Shown here: positions 9,901-19,969 of the stretch, piece after piece
Numbering within the stretch: position 1 is the first letter of the stretch
How the letters are laid out: every line of letters starts with the position of its first letter
Source: Escherichia phage sutha
Length of the DNA: 64,000 nucleotides
Reading direction: 5' to 3' (one strand)
Sequence record: PV245934.1
Notes under the pieces: model-generated
Told to the model about the DNA's origin: nothing
Databases searched by the model: none
Seen by the model: the letters and a program-made list of their open reading frames with translations, nothing else
Translations under genes and position numbers: made by a program

Positions 9901-9939
9901 ACTACCGATGTATATAGTTTTATGAAAAAATTTTAAACT

Positions 9940-10437
9940 TTATGCATAGCGGGCTTTGCTATAGTGTTTAATCCAACTTTCAGGAATGACTTTGTATGTT
10001 CCTAAAAATACCGCGTTGTACAACTTAACGCCATCTTCTACCCACTGATCGGTAATGTATGCACACATAGCGCGAGTACGGTGTTTTTGAACAACCCCTT
10101 CCTCATCTTCAGTAAATTCGAATTCATAAGGAGCAACGAACTTAATAGCTTGACCGAGTTTCCACTTAAAGTCTACGCCTACGTGCGAAGTATCAATCGT
10201 TTCAATTCCTTTAGCAGGAACAGCTTTCAAAAACGCAGACTCAAGAAATTTCGCACGAACATAGCCAAACTGAGGTTTAGACTTTCCATCTTTAGGAATG
10301 ATACGCACTTTTACTTCAGAATCTTCATCTTTAACGCCGTGTTTAAGCTGAATGCTTACAATTTCGACCAATTTTCCTGCTGCTTTAGAACGGGATTTAT
10401 CAGATACACGAGCAATTTCACCAATATTAATAATCAT
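9940..10437 (-). CDS. motB: MotB-like protein
   Basis: 165-aa ORF at T4 motB position; strong early promoter upstream. Confidence 0.45.
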   Translation of the reverse strand: MIINIGEIARVSDKSRSKAAGKLVEIVSIQLKHGVKDEDSEVKVRIIPKDGKSKPQFGYVRAKFLESAFLKAVPAKGIETIDTSHVGVDFKWKLGQAIKFVAPYEFEFTEDEEGVVQKHRTRAMCAYITDQWVEDGVKLYNAVFLGTYKVIPESWIKHYSKARYA

Positions 10438-10479
10438 AGTTATCTCTCACTTGTTAAAAAGATTTTATACTCCACAGGA

Positions 10480-10512
10480 CCATTATACTCTGGTCCCAAG
10501 AGTTTGTAAACT
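10480..10512 (-). promoter_or_regulatory. early promoter (GTTTAC-17-TATAAT) upstream of motB
   Basis: minus-strand reading gtttacaaactcttgggaccagagtataat. Confidence 0.6.
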
Positions 10513-10513
10513 A

Positions 10514-11053
10514 TTAATTCAAAATAGCTACCACTGCACTACGAGGTACTACACTAAAATCACCTGCATGAACAACGTTCAGAAGTTCAACACCATCTTC
10601 AATCCACTGGTCTGTTACCCAACCACAGACCGAAATAAATGGGGTCTTGATAGCTACAGCACGAGTTAGAAGGTCAGTAGGATCGCATTCTTGGAAGAGG
10701 ATAAGCTCTGCTTCAAAGACTATAGTTTTAATTACTTCATCATTATCTAAGCGTTGTGCTCGAATCACATAAGCTTTATTCTTATCATGCCAATTACTTT
10801 TTGAAAAACTTTTAACCACAAACTCGCCTTCACCCAAAACACTGGTCAATGCTTTATAACCCAAACTTAGTTCAGTAGTTTTAATTTCAGTTTCAACCAG
10901 TTTGTAGGTTTTGCCGATTTCAATAGCGGTAGTCATAGTAGGTTCCTTAATTTCCAGTGGTTTAACAGGGCATACATAAGTGCTTACAACATCAAAATCA
11001 ATCAGTTTAGCTACCGGATTTGGAGTGTATTCAGGATTATAATTAAATTTCAT
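10514..11053 (-). CDS. MotB paralog (motB.1 position)
   Basis: 179-aa ORF; shares motif C(G/A)(W/Y)(V/I)TDQW(I/V)EDGV(E/K)L with ORF 9940..10437. Confidence 0.45.
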   Translation of the reverse strand: MKFNYNPEYTPNPVAKLIDFDVVSTYVCPVKPLEIKEPTMTTAIEIGKTYKLVETEIKTTELSLGYKALTSVLGEGEFVVKSFSKSNWHDKNKAYVIRAQRLDNDEVIKTIVFEAELILFQECDPTDLLTRAVAIKTPFISVCGWVTDQWIEDGVELLNVVHAGDFSVVPRSAVVAILN

Positions 11054-11055
11054 AA

Positions 11056-11556
11056 TTATCTCATTTCAATAAAATCTATAAGTTCAGCATGGGATTTACG
11101 GAACATTACTTGATGTCCGCCAATGATAACTTGGTCATCTGGCACTTCGTATACAGCAAGATAAAATCCTTTAGAAGATAATTCTTCACGCTCTTCTCGT
11201 GTGAACCATCTCATCATATCATATTCACTAGCGAAAGCAAAATGATAAAGAGCTATAAACCATCCTGGAATATGATATTCTACTCCAACATAATCTTTCT
11301 TGAACTTAGTATTAATTACTATATTAGCGTTTTTAACTAATAGTTTATCTTCATGTGGTACAGGAATTCTTTTATTATCATCGCTATGATGCATAAAATT
11401 AGGTCTACTATAACCTACACGTAATAGCCACTCTTCGCTCCATGAATCTATTATACTCCTGTACGGCGTTATTTGAACACAAAGATTTCGACGTATTGTT
11501 ATAGCATCTTCATAATCAAGAATACTAAACGATGATTCAACACGATAAATTTTCAT
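11056..11556 (-). CDS. hypothetical protein (motB.2 position)
   Basis: ORF 11056..11595 trimmed to ATG 11554-11556 (SD GAGGA) because the upstream ATG lies inside the promoter. Confidence 0.4.
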   Translation of the reverse strand: MKIYRVESSFSILDYEDAITIRRNLCVQITPYRSIIDSWSEEWLLRVGYSRPNFMHHSDDNKRIPVPHEDKLLVKNANIVINTKFKKDYVGVEYHIPGWFIALYHFAFASEYDMMRWFTREEREELSSKGFYLAVYEVPDDQVIIGGHQVMFRKSHAELIDFIEMR

Positions 11557-11580
11557 TTTATTATCCTCAGTAGCTATGGT

Positions 11581-11614
11581 GTTATAATACCACAACTAAC
11601 CGAGGAAGTAAACA
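11581..11614 (-). promoter_or_regulatory. early promoter upstream of motB.2-position gene
   Basis: minus-strand reading gtttacttcctcggttagttgtggtattataac. Confidence 0.55.
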
Positions 11615-11619
11615 ACTTT

Positions 11620-12303
11620 TTATCGTTTTGTTGGAAGAGATAGAGGATCGCAATCTTCCTCTGATGGAGCATCTTCAAGACCCATAGCGTATCGCAAAGC
11701 ATACTTCATCATCAGGATGTCTTTCGCACAGTCATGAATAGAATTATGCGCAACAAATCCATCTAAAGTTCCCTTTGGAAGGGGACACGTTGTCATATCA
11801 CGAACAAGTAGAAGTGCTTCAATTCTGGTACGAATATCACGCTGATTCCAGAATTTACATGGTTCTAACTTAAATGTGTCAAGTTCATTCTCAGAAACAC
11901 CATTAAGACGTTGAATATCACGAATGAGATCGACTAAAATTGGAAAATCAAACGACATTCCACGGCACCAGCCTTGAGATTTCCAAGGATCGATATTATG
12001 TGCATTGATGTAATCATTAAATTTCGCAATACCGTCGATAGTGCTTACATCTTCATCGGACGGTGCAATATTTTTTCGAGCTTCAGGAGACTGATTTTTC
12101 CACCATTCGATAGTGCTTTTAGTAAAAAGACGATGTCCTTTTTGACTTTTTAAATCAAATTTGATTTTAATGCCGCGTGAAACTAATTCATCAAACGTTT
12201 CAACTACTTCTGGATTAGGGTCAAAGGCAATAACAGCCAAATCAATAACAGCTGCCTTTTCACCACTTCCCATTGTTTCAAAATCTATAATAAAATCAAA
12301 CAT
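11620..12303 (-). CDS. dexA: exonuclease A (DnaQ-like 3'-5' exonuclease)
   Basis: 227-aa ORF, N-terminal exo motif FIIDFETMG; size equals T4 DexA. Confidence 0.75.
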   Translation of the reverse strand: MFDFIIDFETMGSGEKAAVIDLAVIAFDPNPEVVETFDELVSRGIKIKFDLKSQKGHRLFTKSTIEWWKNQSPEARKNIAPSDEDVSTIDGIAKFNDYINAHNIDPWKSQGWCRGMSFDFPILVDLIRDIQRLNGVSENELDTFKLEPCKFWNQRDIRTRIEALLLVRDMTTCPLPKGTLDGFVAHNSIHDCAKDILMMKYALRYAMGLEDAPSEEDCDPLSLPTKR

Positions 12304-12545
12304 TAAATTTTCCTTGCTAAATCGCGAATTTGACCTACAGTATAATCTTGAATATAAACTTTATTAATAGGTTCATCAATAAATTTTGCCATAGATTCAA
12401 TATCTTTTTGTATTTCTTCAAGACTGTATACTATCTTTAAAGCTTTTTCGCGAATAGTAATATTTTCAGGACCCTGATTTTCTTCAATGACAGCTTTAAC
12501 ATTTGTCATAAGAGATTTAAACTGGTACCAACTCAATTCAATCAT
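12303..12545 (-). CDS. hypothetical protein dexA.1
   Basis: 80-aa ORF; weak paralogy to next ORF. Confidence 0.4.
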   Translation of the reverse strand: MIELSWYQFKSLMTNVKAVIEENQGPENITIREKALKIVYSLEEIQKDIESMAKFIDEPINKVYIQDYTVGQIRDLARKI

Positions 12546-12798
12546 TAATAATCGCCTTATAAAGATAGCTAATTTCGCCTAAAACGTAATCATTGATTGT
12601 AACAGTTTTCACTTCACCACAAAAGAATTCTAACGCAATTAAATCTCGTTCAATTTCTTCTAATTGAAGCCTCAACTTACTAGATTCTATTTTTACAGTT
12701 TCACGATTTTTGCTATAAGCAATTTCATAAATTTCGCTTACTTTATCTTGAAGAAGATAAAACTGATCTTTAGTTATTTCCACGAATAGCTTCCTCAA
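12538..12798 (-). CDS. hypothetical protein dexA.2
   Basis: 86-aa ORF. Confidence 0.4.
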   Translation of the reverse strand: MRKLFVEITKDQFYLLQDKVSEIYEIAYSKNRETVKIESSKLRLQLEEIERDLIALEFFCGEVKTVTINDYVLGEISYLYKAIIND

Positions 12799-12804
12799 AT
12801 TTAA

Positions 12805-14124
12805 TCATACATAAAACACATCATAACGACCACGGGTAACACCAACATAAAGAAGTTGTTGAGCCAATTCAGCATCTGCATAATGAATACAAGGCGTATA
12901 GATGAAAGCACGGTCTACAGACATGCCCTGAGCTTTGTGGAATGTTGATGCAGGAAGTGCTTTCACTTTACTGAACTGTGATTTAGCATCCCAAAAATCA
13001 CTCCATGGAGCTTTTCCACCTTTATTCCAATTTTTATAAGTTTCTGCCGTTTTACCTAAAAATAGGTTAAACTTATATAGCTCTTCATCAGATGAAATTA
13101 TTTTAATCTTTTCACGATAATATTCATCATCGCCGTAAGTTTCTACTGTTAAATCCCAATGACGAATTAGATATTCTCCAGAAACACCACGAGCTTTAAC
13201 AAACGTCGATGTATACTCTGCTTCTATAATACGAACTAATTGTCCGTTATTAAAAATAATTTCTGACACAGGCTTTCCATCAATTTTATATGTTTTAATT
13301 AATGGTTCCTGCATTACAATAATTTCACCGACAATAAAATCTTTATCAGTTTCAAAAATCTTTTTACGAATAATGCTATTTAACTTGTCAACAGATTTAT
13401 TCGTAAATGCCATTACGCGATTTTCAAACAAATCATCTAGAGATTTGACGATTGAAAAATAATTTACCATAAAATCGCGTAAAGCGGTATCACCAGTAAA
13501 TCCACGTACTCCATGCCCGTCAACAACTTTATCATAAATCCACTTACCGTTGCGAACATCAGTAGCTACATCAATAATAGGAGCATTACTGCGTTTAACT
13601 TCAGTAAGTTCACACTGATAAAAATCTTTGTGTGTAAAGAATGGACTGATATAAGCAGTATTTTCTCCTGGGTCAACAGGTCTAATTTGCTTATTATCGC
13701 CTATTCCAATTATAGTACACCATGGTGGAATAGTTGAAAGCAGAATTTTAAATAGCTTTCTATCATACATTGACACTTCGTCGCAGATTAATACCCTGCA
13801 TTTAGCTAAATCCGGTACTTCTTTTTGTTCAAAAAGAACGTTTTCTTCGTATGTTACTGGGTTAATTTTGAGAATACTGTGAATAGTACTCGCTTCTTTC
13901 CCTGATAGTTTTGAAAGAATCTTTTTAGCTGCATGTGTAGGAGCTGCTAAAATAATGCCAGTTTCGCCCGTAGATATTAAGGCTTCAATGATGAACTTAG
14001 TAAGAGTAGTCTTACCGGTACCAGCAGGTCCATTAATAGTTACATGATGTTTCTTTTCTTTAATAGCCCTCATAACGATGTTAAAGGCATTTTTCTGGCC
14101 TTCTGTCAAATCATCAAATGTCAT
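12805..14124 (-). CDS. dda: Dda DNA helicase (SF1)
   Basis: 439-aa ORF, Walker A GPAGTGKT, Walker B LICDEVSM; size equals T4 Dda. Confidence 0.9.
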   Translation of the reverse strand: MTFDDLTEGQKNAFNIVMRAIKEKKHHVTINGPAGTGKTTLTKFIIEALISTGETGIILAAPTHAAKKILSKLSGKEASTIHSILKINPVTYEENVLFEQKEVPDLAKCRVLICDEVSMYDRKLFKILLSTIPPWCTIIGIGDNKQIRPVDPGENTAYISPFFTHKDFYQCELTEVKRSNAPIIDVATDVRNGKWIYDKVVDGHGVRGFTGDTALRDFMVNYFSIVKSLDDLFENRVMAFTNKSVDKLNSIIRKKIFETDKDFIVGEIIVMQEPLIKTYKIDGKPVSEIIFNNGQLVRIIEAEYTSTFVKARGVSGEYLIRHWDLTVETYGDDEYYREKIKIISSDEELYKFNLFLGKTAETYKNWNKGGKAPWSDFWDAKSQFSKVKALPASTFHKAQGMSVDRAFIYTPCIHYADAELAQQLLYVGVTRGRYDVFYV

Positions 14125-14432
14125 CGTAAATTCCCTGCAATTGGTATACTAACAATACGCCCAGTATCTAAAATTCGCCGATATAATCTTTGTGTGTCTA
14201 CATCAGGCTTAACATGTTTAACTTCTATTTTATTAAACCAAAACTTGCGTGGAGTCTCAACTAATCTCGGAATTCCCATACCTAAAGCTAGTCGATACTG
14301 CTCTTTAAGAGTAGTAAATACTTTATCAGCAATCTCCCTTTCAAAAAATACAGCAGGACGATGTTCATCAAGAGGAACAGGCACCGCAAATCCATCTTTA
14401 TCTCTATACACTATCGCATATACATAAAACAT
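14121..14432 (-). CDS. hypothetical protein dda.1
   Basis: 103-aa ORF overlapping dda start by 4 nt. Confidence 0.45.
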   Translation of the reverse strand: MFYVYAIVYRDKDGFAVPVPLDEHRPAVFFEREIADKVFTTLKEQYRLALGMGIPRLVETPRKFWFNKIEVKHVKPDVDTQRLYRRILDTGRIVSIPIAGNLR

Positions 14433-14433
14433 A

Positions 14434-15180
14434 TTATCCTCGGATAAGTTTAAAAATTGAACAATTTAGCGGGTATCCTCTTTTCAGTTTAAGTTTATCA
14501 ATAAAAGACAAGTTTTGATACCGCTCTACACCTTGAATAATTTTATCACACATATCATATTGCATTTCTGCTTCTGACAACTTTTTCACAGTTTTCCAAT
14601 CCGAGCCTTTAAGAAGAACGTTCAATTTAACAACTTCAGCGCCTTCTGCTATACGAGAACCATCAATACGAGCTTTGAGTGCTATAATCGTTAGCTTAAC
14701 GTCAGAAGTTTGTTTTGATTTAGAAAGCTGAGAAATGTGTTCAATTCGGTTTTCACGTTTTTTCTGTATAGCTTTAATTTGATTATAAGTCTTTTTGATT
14801 TTAGCCCATTTCTTTTCATCTAAATTTAGTTTATGAACTTTTTTCGCAGATGAACGACCAATTCGTAAAGCAAACAAATCACGCTTTTCAATCAACTCTT
14901 CTAAAGTATAATCAGAACGAAATGTATTATACTTTTTCTTTACTGCAATAACATTCCCTTTAATGTATCCAACGTTATTATCAAAACGTTCTAATGATAA
15001 TTTCTCTCCTTCAATACGATTATCAAAAGGTTCTCCCGAGTAAGCGCAAACTTTCTGATCTAAAATGTTCTTAATGTAATTGAAGTCTAAGTTAAAATCT
15101 TTAGAGCGTCTTTTAGCAGATGCCTGAGTGTGCTCTAGACGACGTGTAATTTTACGAATTTGATTTTTAGACAGTTTCAT
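14434..15180 (-). CDS. srd: Srd-like protein
   Basis: 248-aa basic protein at T4 srd position between dda.1 and modA; early promoter upstream. Confidence 0.4.
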   Translation of the reverse strand: MKLSKNQIRKITRRLEHTQASAKRRSKDFNLDFNYIKNILDQKVCAYSGEPFDNRIEGEKLSLERFDNNVGYIKGNVIAVKKKYNTFRSDYTLEELIEKRDLFALRIGRSSAKKVHKLNLDEKKWAKIKKTYNQIKAIQKKRENRIEHISQLSKSKQTSDVKLTIIALKARIDGSRIAEGAEVVKLNVLLKGSDWKTVKKLSEAEMQYDMCDKIIQGVERYQNLSFIDKLKLKRGYPLNCSIFKLIRG

Positions 15181-15204
15181 ATTTTTCTCACGGACGGGTT
15201 AACT

Positions 15205-15241
15205 ACTTATACTATAACATTTTTACTTCAGCTTGTAAACA
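15205..15241 (-). promoter_or_regulatory. early promoter upstream of srd-like gene
   Basis: minus-strand reading gtttacaagctgaagtaaaaatgttatagtataa. Confidence 0.5.
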
Positions 15242-15296
15242 ACTTTATGAAAAATGCTTTAAAACTTTCATGGTATAATGAATCTAAGTCCTTCCA

Positions 15297-15899
15297 TTAT
15301 AGATTAAATCCTTCAAAATCAAGAGTATAGATAGTGTATGTTGAATACTTTTTATACTCATATCTATCCGCAATTCTAAATACACTTCCAGCTGGTATCA
15401 TTACTTCTTGTTCATCTGAAACTAATTCCATATTACGATAACGATGGCTATCCGGAAATTTAAAACTCGGACTATATTCTTTACAACGTAGAGCTTTTAT
15501 AGCATACTCCTGAAAATTAAATACCATAGGAGCTTTGAATTCAAAAATAACTTGCGTGTTGTATTCTAATCCAGAAGCAAAATGCAGAGCTATATTTTTA
15601 TCATATGAAGCTGATACTACTTTATCAAATGTAATAATATCAATTCCTTGATTTAACACCTGCTTAGTCTCAACTGGAACACCTCTCCAAAGAGGTTTAT
15701 CGTTTGGAACCAAACGAGATTTGATTATTTCATTTAACCAAGAATGATCGTCTGGCTTATTAGTAATACAATGAATTAAAAGTTCAATTTCGGATAAATT
15801 AAATCCTTCAGAAAGTAATTCTTCACGAATAGAAGCACGCACCGATGCATCCATTGATTTGATTTTAAAATCTTTTAATTGCATTGCTGAATATTTCAT
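15297..15899 (-). CDS. modA: ADP-ribosyltransferase ModA
   Basis: 200-aa ORF, same size and position as T4 ModA; paralogous to next ORF. Confidence 0.7.
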   Translation of the reverse strand: MKYSAMQLKDFKIKSMDASVRASIREELLSEGFNLSEIELLIHCITNKPDDHSWLNEIIKSRLVPNDKPLWRGVPVETKQVLNQGIDIITFDKVVSASYDKNIALHFASGLEYNTQVIFEFKAPMVFNFQEYAIKALRCKEYSPSFKFPDSHRYRNMELVSDEQEVMIPAGSVFRIADRYEYKKYSTYTIYTLDFEGFNL

Positions 15900-16519
15900 T
15901 CAACTACCTCAATATCATACACTTTAAATGTTCCAAATGAATCGTGTAATTTTTCTTTTGAAATAGAAGTTATTTTATACTTTCCAATTGGAATCATCCA
16001 TTCTTGTTCACGCACAATCATCATTAAGTTATCAGTACGTTCTGAATCTAATCCATCAGTATCTTCATATGTATACTTAAATTCAGTATTAGGAGAAGAA
16101 AGTATAATATCGCTGATATGGTCAGAGTAATTAAAAGCTTTATCAGTTTTTAAGCGAAGTACTATTTCAGTGGAATATTCAACATAAGAAAAACCGCATG
16201 CTGTGTGCAAACTAGTAGTAAATGAATCTACTCTATTCGTTGAAAACACTTCTCCAACTTGTAAATCTTTAATGAGCTCTTTTGTCGATTTTGATATACC
16301 ACGATATAACTGATGAGGTGATTCAGTTAAATGCTTTTTAATGATTTTATTCAACTGCCGATGAAGAGCTTCATTCTTTTTGGCTTCCATACATTGCCAA
16401 AGAACTGACTGTTCAAAGTCAGTAAATTTTTCACAGACCTTTTTATACATATCATATTGAAAATCAACGCTTTCAGCTTTTATAGATAACTGTTCAACAT
16501 CTGCAAGATTAATAATCAT
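15896..16519 (-). CDS. modB: ADP-ribosyltransferase ModB
   Basis: ORF 15896..16531 trimmed to ATG 16517-16519 (SD GGAGG), 207 aa as T4 ModB. Confidence 0.7.
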   Translation of the reverse strand: MIINLADVEQLSIKAESVDFQYDMYKKVCEKFTDFEQSVLWQCMEAKKNEALHRQLNKIIKKHLTESPHQLYRGISKSTKELIKDLQVGEVFSTNRVDSFTTSLHTACGFSYVEYSTEIVLRLKTDKAFNYSDHISDIILSSPNTEFKYTYEDTDGLDSERTDNLMMIVREQEWMIPIGKYKITSISKEKLHDSFGTFKVYDIEVVE

Positions 16520-16544
16520 GATAGCCTCCATATACTTCAGAAGC

Positions 16545-16576
16545 TATCATATCATTGTTAGGAAGGAAAGTAAACA
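16545..16576 (-). promoter_or_regulatory. early promoter upstream of modB
   Basis: -35 gtttac preceded by A-rich tract (aaaaagttgtttactttcc). Confidence 0.5.
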
Positions 16577-16586
16577 ACTTTTTGAA

Positions 16587-16769
16587 TTATTTTGCCCAGG
16601 GAGCCCAGGGCGGAGGGTCAAGATGGTATGAAGCTAGTTCTTCTAGAAGAGCATCTGGGGCTTCAATTCCATAATTCTGTAATACTATACGGTACTCTTT
16701 CTTATAATCACTAGAATCATTCTGGATATTCGTAGAATGATTATCTTCTAACATCTCAAATAAATCCAT
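16587..16769 (-). CDS. hypothetical protein (60 aa)
   Basis: ORF in compact leftward array. Confidence 0.35.
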   Translation of the reverse strand: MDLFEMLEDNHSTNIQNDSSDYKKEYRIVLQNYGIEAPDALLEELASYHLDPPPWAPWAK

Positions 16770-16777
16770 ATTAATTC

Positions 16778-17248
16778 CTAGCGATAAAAACCAAATTGAC
16801 GATTAGCTTCAATAATCTTTCTTTCTTCTTCGGACATTCTCCAGCGTAGTCCAACATCAAAATGAGCCCAGACCATCTTAACGAATGCATTTATATCTTT
16901 AATATCTTCAATAATGAATGTTTTACTTTTAGAAGGTTGACTCGCTAATTTAACTTTATCGTCTTCAAACAGGTCAAAAAGACCATATTCATGAGCTCTT
17001 TTATAGCCTTTAATAGTTAAAGCTTCAGAAGAAGAAAATGGTGAATCAGTATTCTGCAAAATATCTTCAGTATGCTTTATAATTAGAATAACATTTTCTG
17101 GATATTTTCTTTCTTTTATATCTTTAATTAAAATATCCGGATTTTCTGCTAAAGGAATAATTAATGAGCACTCTTTATCAAGTGTATTTACTGATTTACC
17201 TTCTTTAGACATAAATTCTATTGAATAATGTTTTGCTACTTCAATCAT
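16778..17248 (-). CDS. hypothetical protein (mrh position)
   Basis: 156-aa ORF. Confidence 0.4.
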   Translation of the reverse strand: MIEVAKHYSIEFMSKEGKSVNTLDKECSLIIPLAENPDILIKDIKERKYPENVILIIKHTEDILQNTDSPFSSSEALTIKGYKRAHEYGLFDLFEDDKVKLASQPSKSKTFIIEDIKDINAFVKMVWAHFDVGLRWRMSEEERKIIEANRQFGFYR

Positions 17249-17401
17249 GTGATTTCCTCTTGCCTACTAATGGGCCGTCAGGAATTTTGTTTTCCTGGAT
17301 ATATTTCTCATTTTCTTCCATCATTTTACTGCCAATTTTAAGAAGCAAATCCAATGCTTCATTTGCTTTAGCCTTGGCCTCTTCTAGCGTCATATCTCTG
17401 T

Positions 17402-17605
17402 TCACGATTTATCCCCATAGATGTCTCTCATCAATTTAAGCGCTGAGCGTTCTAATTTCTTTTCTTTCTCAGCACTAATCATTGATTTCATCCATTCTTC
17501 TGATTCGTTCTGCATTTCTTTATTTGCTTGTTCAACCCAACCATCGTCAATATACATTGAGTTTGGTCTATTGAACCATTCAAACATTTTCTTCAGAACT
17601 TTCAT
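17402..17605 (-). CDS. hypothetical protein (67 aa)
   Basis: ORF in array. Confidence 0.35.
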   Translation of the reverse strand: MKVLKKMFEWFNRPNSMYIDDGWVEQANKEMQNESEEWMKSMISAEKEKKLERSALKLMRDIYGDKS

Positions 17606-18077
17606 TTGTTTTACCTAAAACAACAGTAGGAGCATCGTCAAATTTATGAATTTTGAGTAAATTTGGATTTAAATTATTCCATAAAGATGTAATAAAATAT
17701 GATAGTGCATTTTCTTCTGTAATTATAAATTTATTTCCCTTATCTATTTTCCAGTCATATATTGAATCATATGAATATAATGGTAATGGTTTATTGTTAT
17801 AATATGATTCAGCAACATCAATATAGTTAGATTTAGTAAATGCTTCAATTGCTCTAAACGGACTATTTGGCACAGTTTCAATAATTCCGATCTTTTTAAG
17901 TTTTATTTCAACATCTTCTGGAACTGGCATTGAAATAAAATCTTCTACTAGATACATGCTATTATCATATCTTTTATCAATCATTACTGCTACAGTAATT
18001 GGAACGTCTTTAGCAAACGACATACTATTACTGCTAATATACATTTCAAACAAAATCGCTTCCATAATTTTCCTCAA
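17580..18077 (-). CDS. hypothetical protein (165 aa)
   Basis: ORF in array. Confidence 0.4.
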   Translation of the reverse strand: MRKIMEAILFEMYISSNSMSFAKDVPITVAVMIDKRYDNSMYLVEDFISMPVPEDVEIKLKKIGIIETVPNSPFRAIEAFTKSNYIDVAESYYNNKPLPLYSYDSIYDWKIDKGNKFIITEENALSYFITSLWNNLNPNLLKIHKFDDAPTVVLGKTNESSEENV

Positions 18078-18415
18078 TCACAAGATGTAGATGAACAACT
18101 AGAATCACAAGAACTTCCACATGAATCGCCCGTCCATACATGAACAGGAACATTAGTGTCATATGAATCAGAACTAGACTGTGTATTCTGCGTATTAGAT
18201 GATGTAGTAGGTGTTGACCAACGCCAAGGATTTTTATAATATTCTTGGGCTTCTTCATAAGTCATAGTAACTGCTTCTACTGTTCCATCTCCCATATAAA
18301 CATATTCAACTACAGTTAAAGGAAGGTAGTCGTTTGAAATAGGAACTACACCTTCTCCAGGAGCTGTAGAGAAAAAATCCGTAAAGAAATTTTTAAACCA
18401 GTTAAAGATAAACAT
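18074..18415 (-). CDS. hypothetical protein with Cys/Ser-rich C-terminal tail
   Basis: 113-aa ORF ending ...[17 protein letters not shown]. Confidence 0.4.
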   Translation of the reverse strand: MFIFNWFKNFFTDFFSTAPGEGVVPISNDYLPLTVVEYVYMGDGTVEAVTMTYEEAQEYYKNPWRWSTPTTSSNTQNTQSSSDSYDTNVPVHVWTGDSCGSSCDSSCSSTSCD

Positions 18416-18627
18416 TACAAAAAGCCTCTTTGAAATTCGATTCTTTGAAATCCACCCCAGTCAGTGTATCGCATTTCAGCATTGAACTCGACTGAACCAT
18501 CTGCATGCATCATGAATGAATGCGTGACGATATCACAATCCCAGCTTTTCATGCCCCATTTATCAGAGATAGCTTTATCAAGAACCTTCTGGAGGTCTTC
18601 ATTTGGTTTAATCCAGCGATTTAACAT
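18415..18627 (-). CDS. hypothetical protein (70 aa)
   Basis: ORF with early promoter upstream. Confidence 0.4.
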   Translation of the reverse strand: MLNRWIKPNEDLQKVLDKAISDKWGMKSWDCDIVTHSFMMHADGSVEFNAEMRYTDWGGFQRIEFQRGFL

Positions 18628-18651
18628 AGTGCTCTCCTCTATAAGATAATT

Positions 18652-18684
18652 CTATTATACCATACTCATTTTGGAAAGTAAACT
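18652..18684 (-). promoter_or_regulatory. early promoter
   Basis: minus-strand reading gtttactttccaaaatgagtatggtataat. Confidence 0.55.
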
Positions 18685-18698
18685 GGCAAAATGAAAAA

Positions 18699-18719
18699 AG
18701 GACTCCCGAAGGAGTCCTT
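18699..18719 (-). terminator. stem-loop with UUCG tetraloop and U-tract after soc (terminator-like)
   Basis: + strand aaaaaaggactcccgaaggagtcctt; transcript GGACUCCUUCGGGAGUCC + UUUUUU. Confidence 0.65.
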
Positions 18720-18725
18720 GAATTA

Positions 18726-18971
18726 TTAACCACCAGTTACTTTCCACATATCTTCGTTTGCAGCAATCCATGCATCACGTTGATTTTCTTCGTATACAGT
18801 AGTATATGCTGCTTTTTCTGAAGGGAATATCTGGTAATGAGCACCAGAAATTTTGTGAACGTCAGAATAAAGAGGGAAAGCTACAGAAATTTCTTTTCCT
18901 TCAATTTTCTTATTTCCATCTAATTTCTGCTCAAACGTTTTGATATTAACATAACCGCGAGTACTAGCCAT
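18726..18971 (-). CDS. soc: small outer capsid protein Soc
   Basis: 81-aa ORF MASTRGYVNIKTFEQKLDGNKK...; late promoter TATAAATA upstream; hairpin downstream. Confidence 0.85.
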   Translation of the reverse strand: MASTRGYVNIKTFEQKLDGNKKIEGKEISVAFPLYSDVHKISGAHYQIFPSEKAAYTTVYEENQRDAWIAANEDMWKVTGG

Positions 18972-18999
18972 GTAATTCTCCTTTTATTTAAATTACATG

Positions 19000-19012
19000 A
19001 TTATTTATATCA
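19000..19012 (-). promoter_or_regulatory. late promoter TATAAATA upstream of soc
   Basis: + strand tatttata at 19003-19010 = TATAAATA on coding strand, about 30 nt before soc ATG. Confidence 0.55.
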
Positions 19013-19183
19013 GTCTTCAACGAAAACTTGTGCCAGGAATTCATGTTCATCTTGAATTTGTTTATATAAAGCCATTACAGCATTTATATTAGAGCTATCT
19101 ACTTTAAGCTGATAAGCATACCACTCGTATAAATTAATTAAAGCTTTTTGACGTCTAATAAATTCTTCTTTGGATATTTTCAT
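19010..19183 (-). CDS. hypothetical protein (57 aa)
   Basis: Hand translation MKISKEEFIRRQKALINLYEWYAYQLKVDSSNINAVMALYKQIQDEHEFLAQVFVED; ATGA overlap with upstream ORF; below ORF-track cutoff. Confidence 0.35.
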   Translation of the reverse strand: MKISKEEFIRRQKALINLYEWYAYQLKVDSSNINAVMALYKQIQDEHEFLAQVFVED

Positions 19184-19380
19184 TTTGAATGTTCTATAAT
19201 TAATTTTAAGGCTTCTTCGCTGACAAAAATTTCATCAGGACCTTCTTCTACAACCCAATCAACCACACGAAGCTGATTAGATAAGAGCTCGCATACGAGC
19301 TCTTTGTCATAATTTTTAAATAGCTGGTCAATACGTTTCTTGCGGGCTTTCTTAAGCTGGCGTTTATTTAAACGAGCCAT
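19180..19380 (-). CDS. hypothetical protein (66 aa)
   Basis: ORF between gene 56 and soc. Confidence 0.4.
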   Translation of the reverse strand: MARLNKRQLKKARKKRIDQLFKNYDKELVCELLSNQLRVVDWVVEEGPDEIFVSEEALKLIIEHSK

Positions 19381-19898
19381 TAATAACCTCGATCTTGACG
19401 AGCGAAGTTTTCAGCATTCTTCAAATAATAAAGTTTAAAGATTTCTTCAGCCGTAAGACCGAGACCTTGGAACATGTTCAGAACGAAATGAAGAATATCA
19501 ATCATTTCAAATTTAATTTCCAACTGGTCTTGAGGAGACAAATCAGTAATTAGAGTTTCACGACGTTCACCATGCTGCGACTTCCAAGGCTTCCATACAG
19601 CAGATGCATCTTTTTCACCATTGCTCATACCACCAAGAGAAGTCAGAAGTTCACGGAATTCATCATCAATGTAATCTTTCTGATTACGCAGCCAATCAAC
19701 AACTTCGCCTGCAGTAGCCAAATCATCAGGATGACGGTTATATTCAGGTTTATCTTTAGCTAAACGAACCTGCAAAGATTTCTGCATATCAAGCATAACC
19801 TGCAGCGGGTCTTTTTCATCACCGAGAATATCCCAATATTCGTTTTGAGCTTTATCAGCGCCTTCGATCAGTTGTGAACATTCATTAAAGTATGCCAT
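19380..19898 (-). CDS. 56: dCTP pyrophosphatase (dCTPase/dUTPase) gp56
   Basis: ORF 19380..19991 trimmed to ATG 19896-19898 (MAYFNECSQLIEGADKAQNEYWDILGDE), SD AAGGA; 172 aa, close to T4 gp56. Confidence 0.8.
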   Translation of the reverse strand: MAYFNECSQLIEGADKAQNEYWDILGDEKDPLQVMLDMQKSLQVRLAKDKPEYNRHPDDLATAGEVVDWLRNQKDYIDDEFRELLTSLGGMSNGEKDASAVWKPWKSQHGERRETLITDLSPQDQLEIKFEMIDILHFVLNMFQGLGLTAEEIFKLYYLKNAENFARQDRGY

Positions 19899-19969
19899 TA
19901 TTTTTCCTTTCAATTCATGGATTAGTAGATTAATTATACAATAAATATATAAAGCAATAAGGAGGACAT

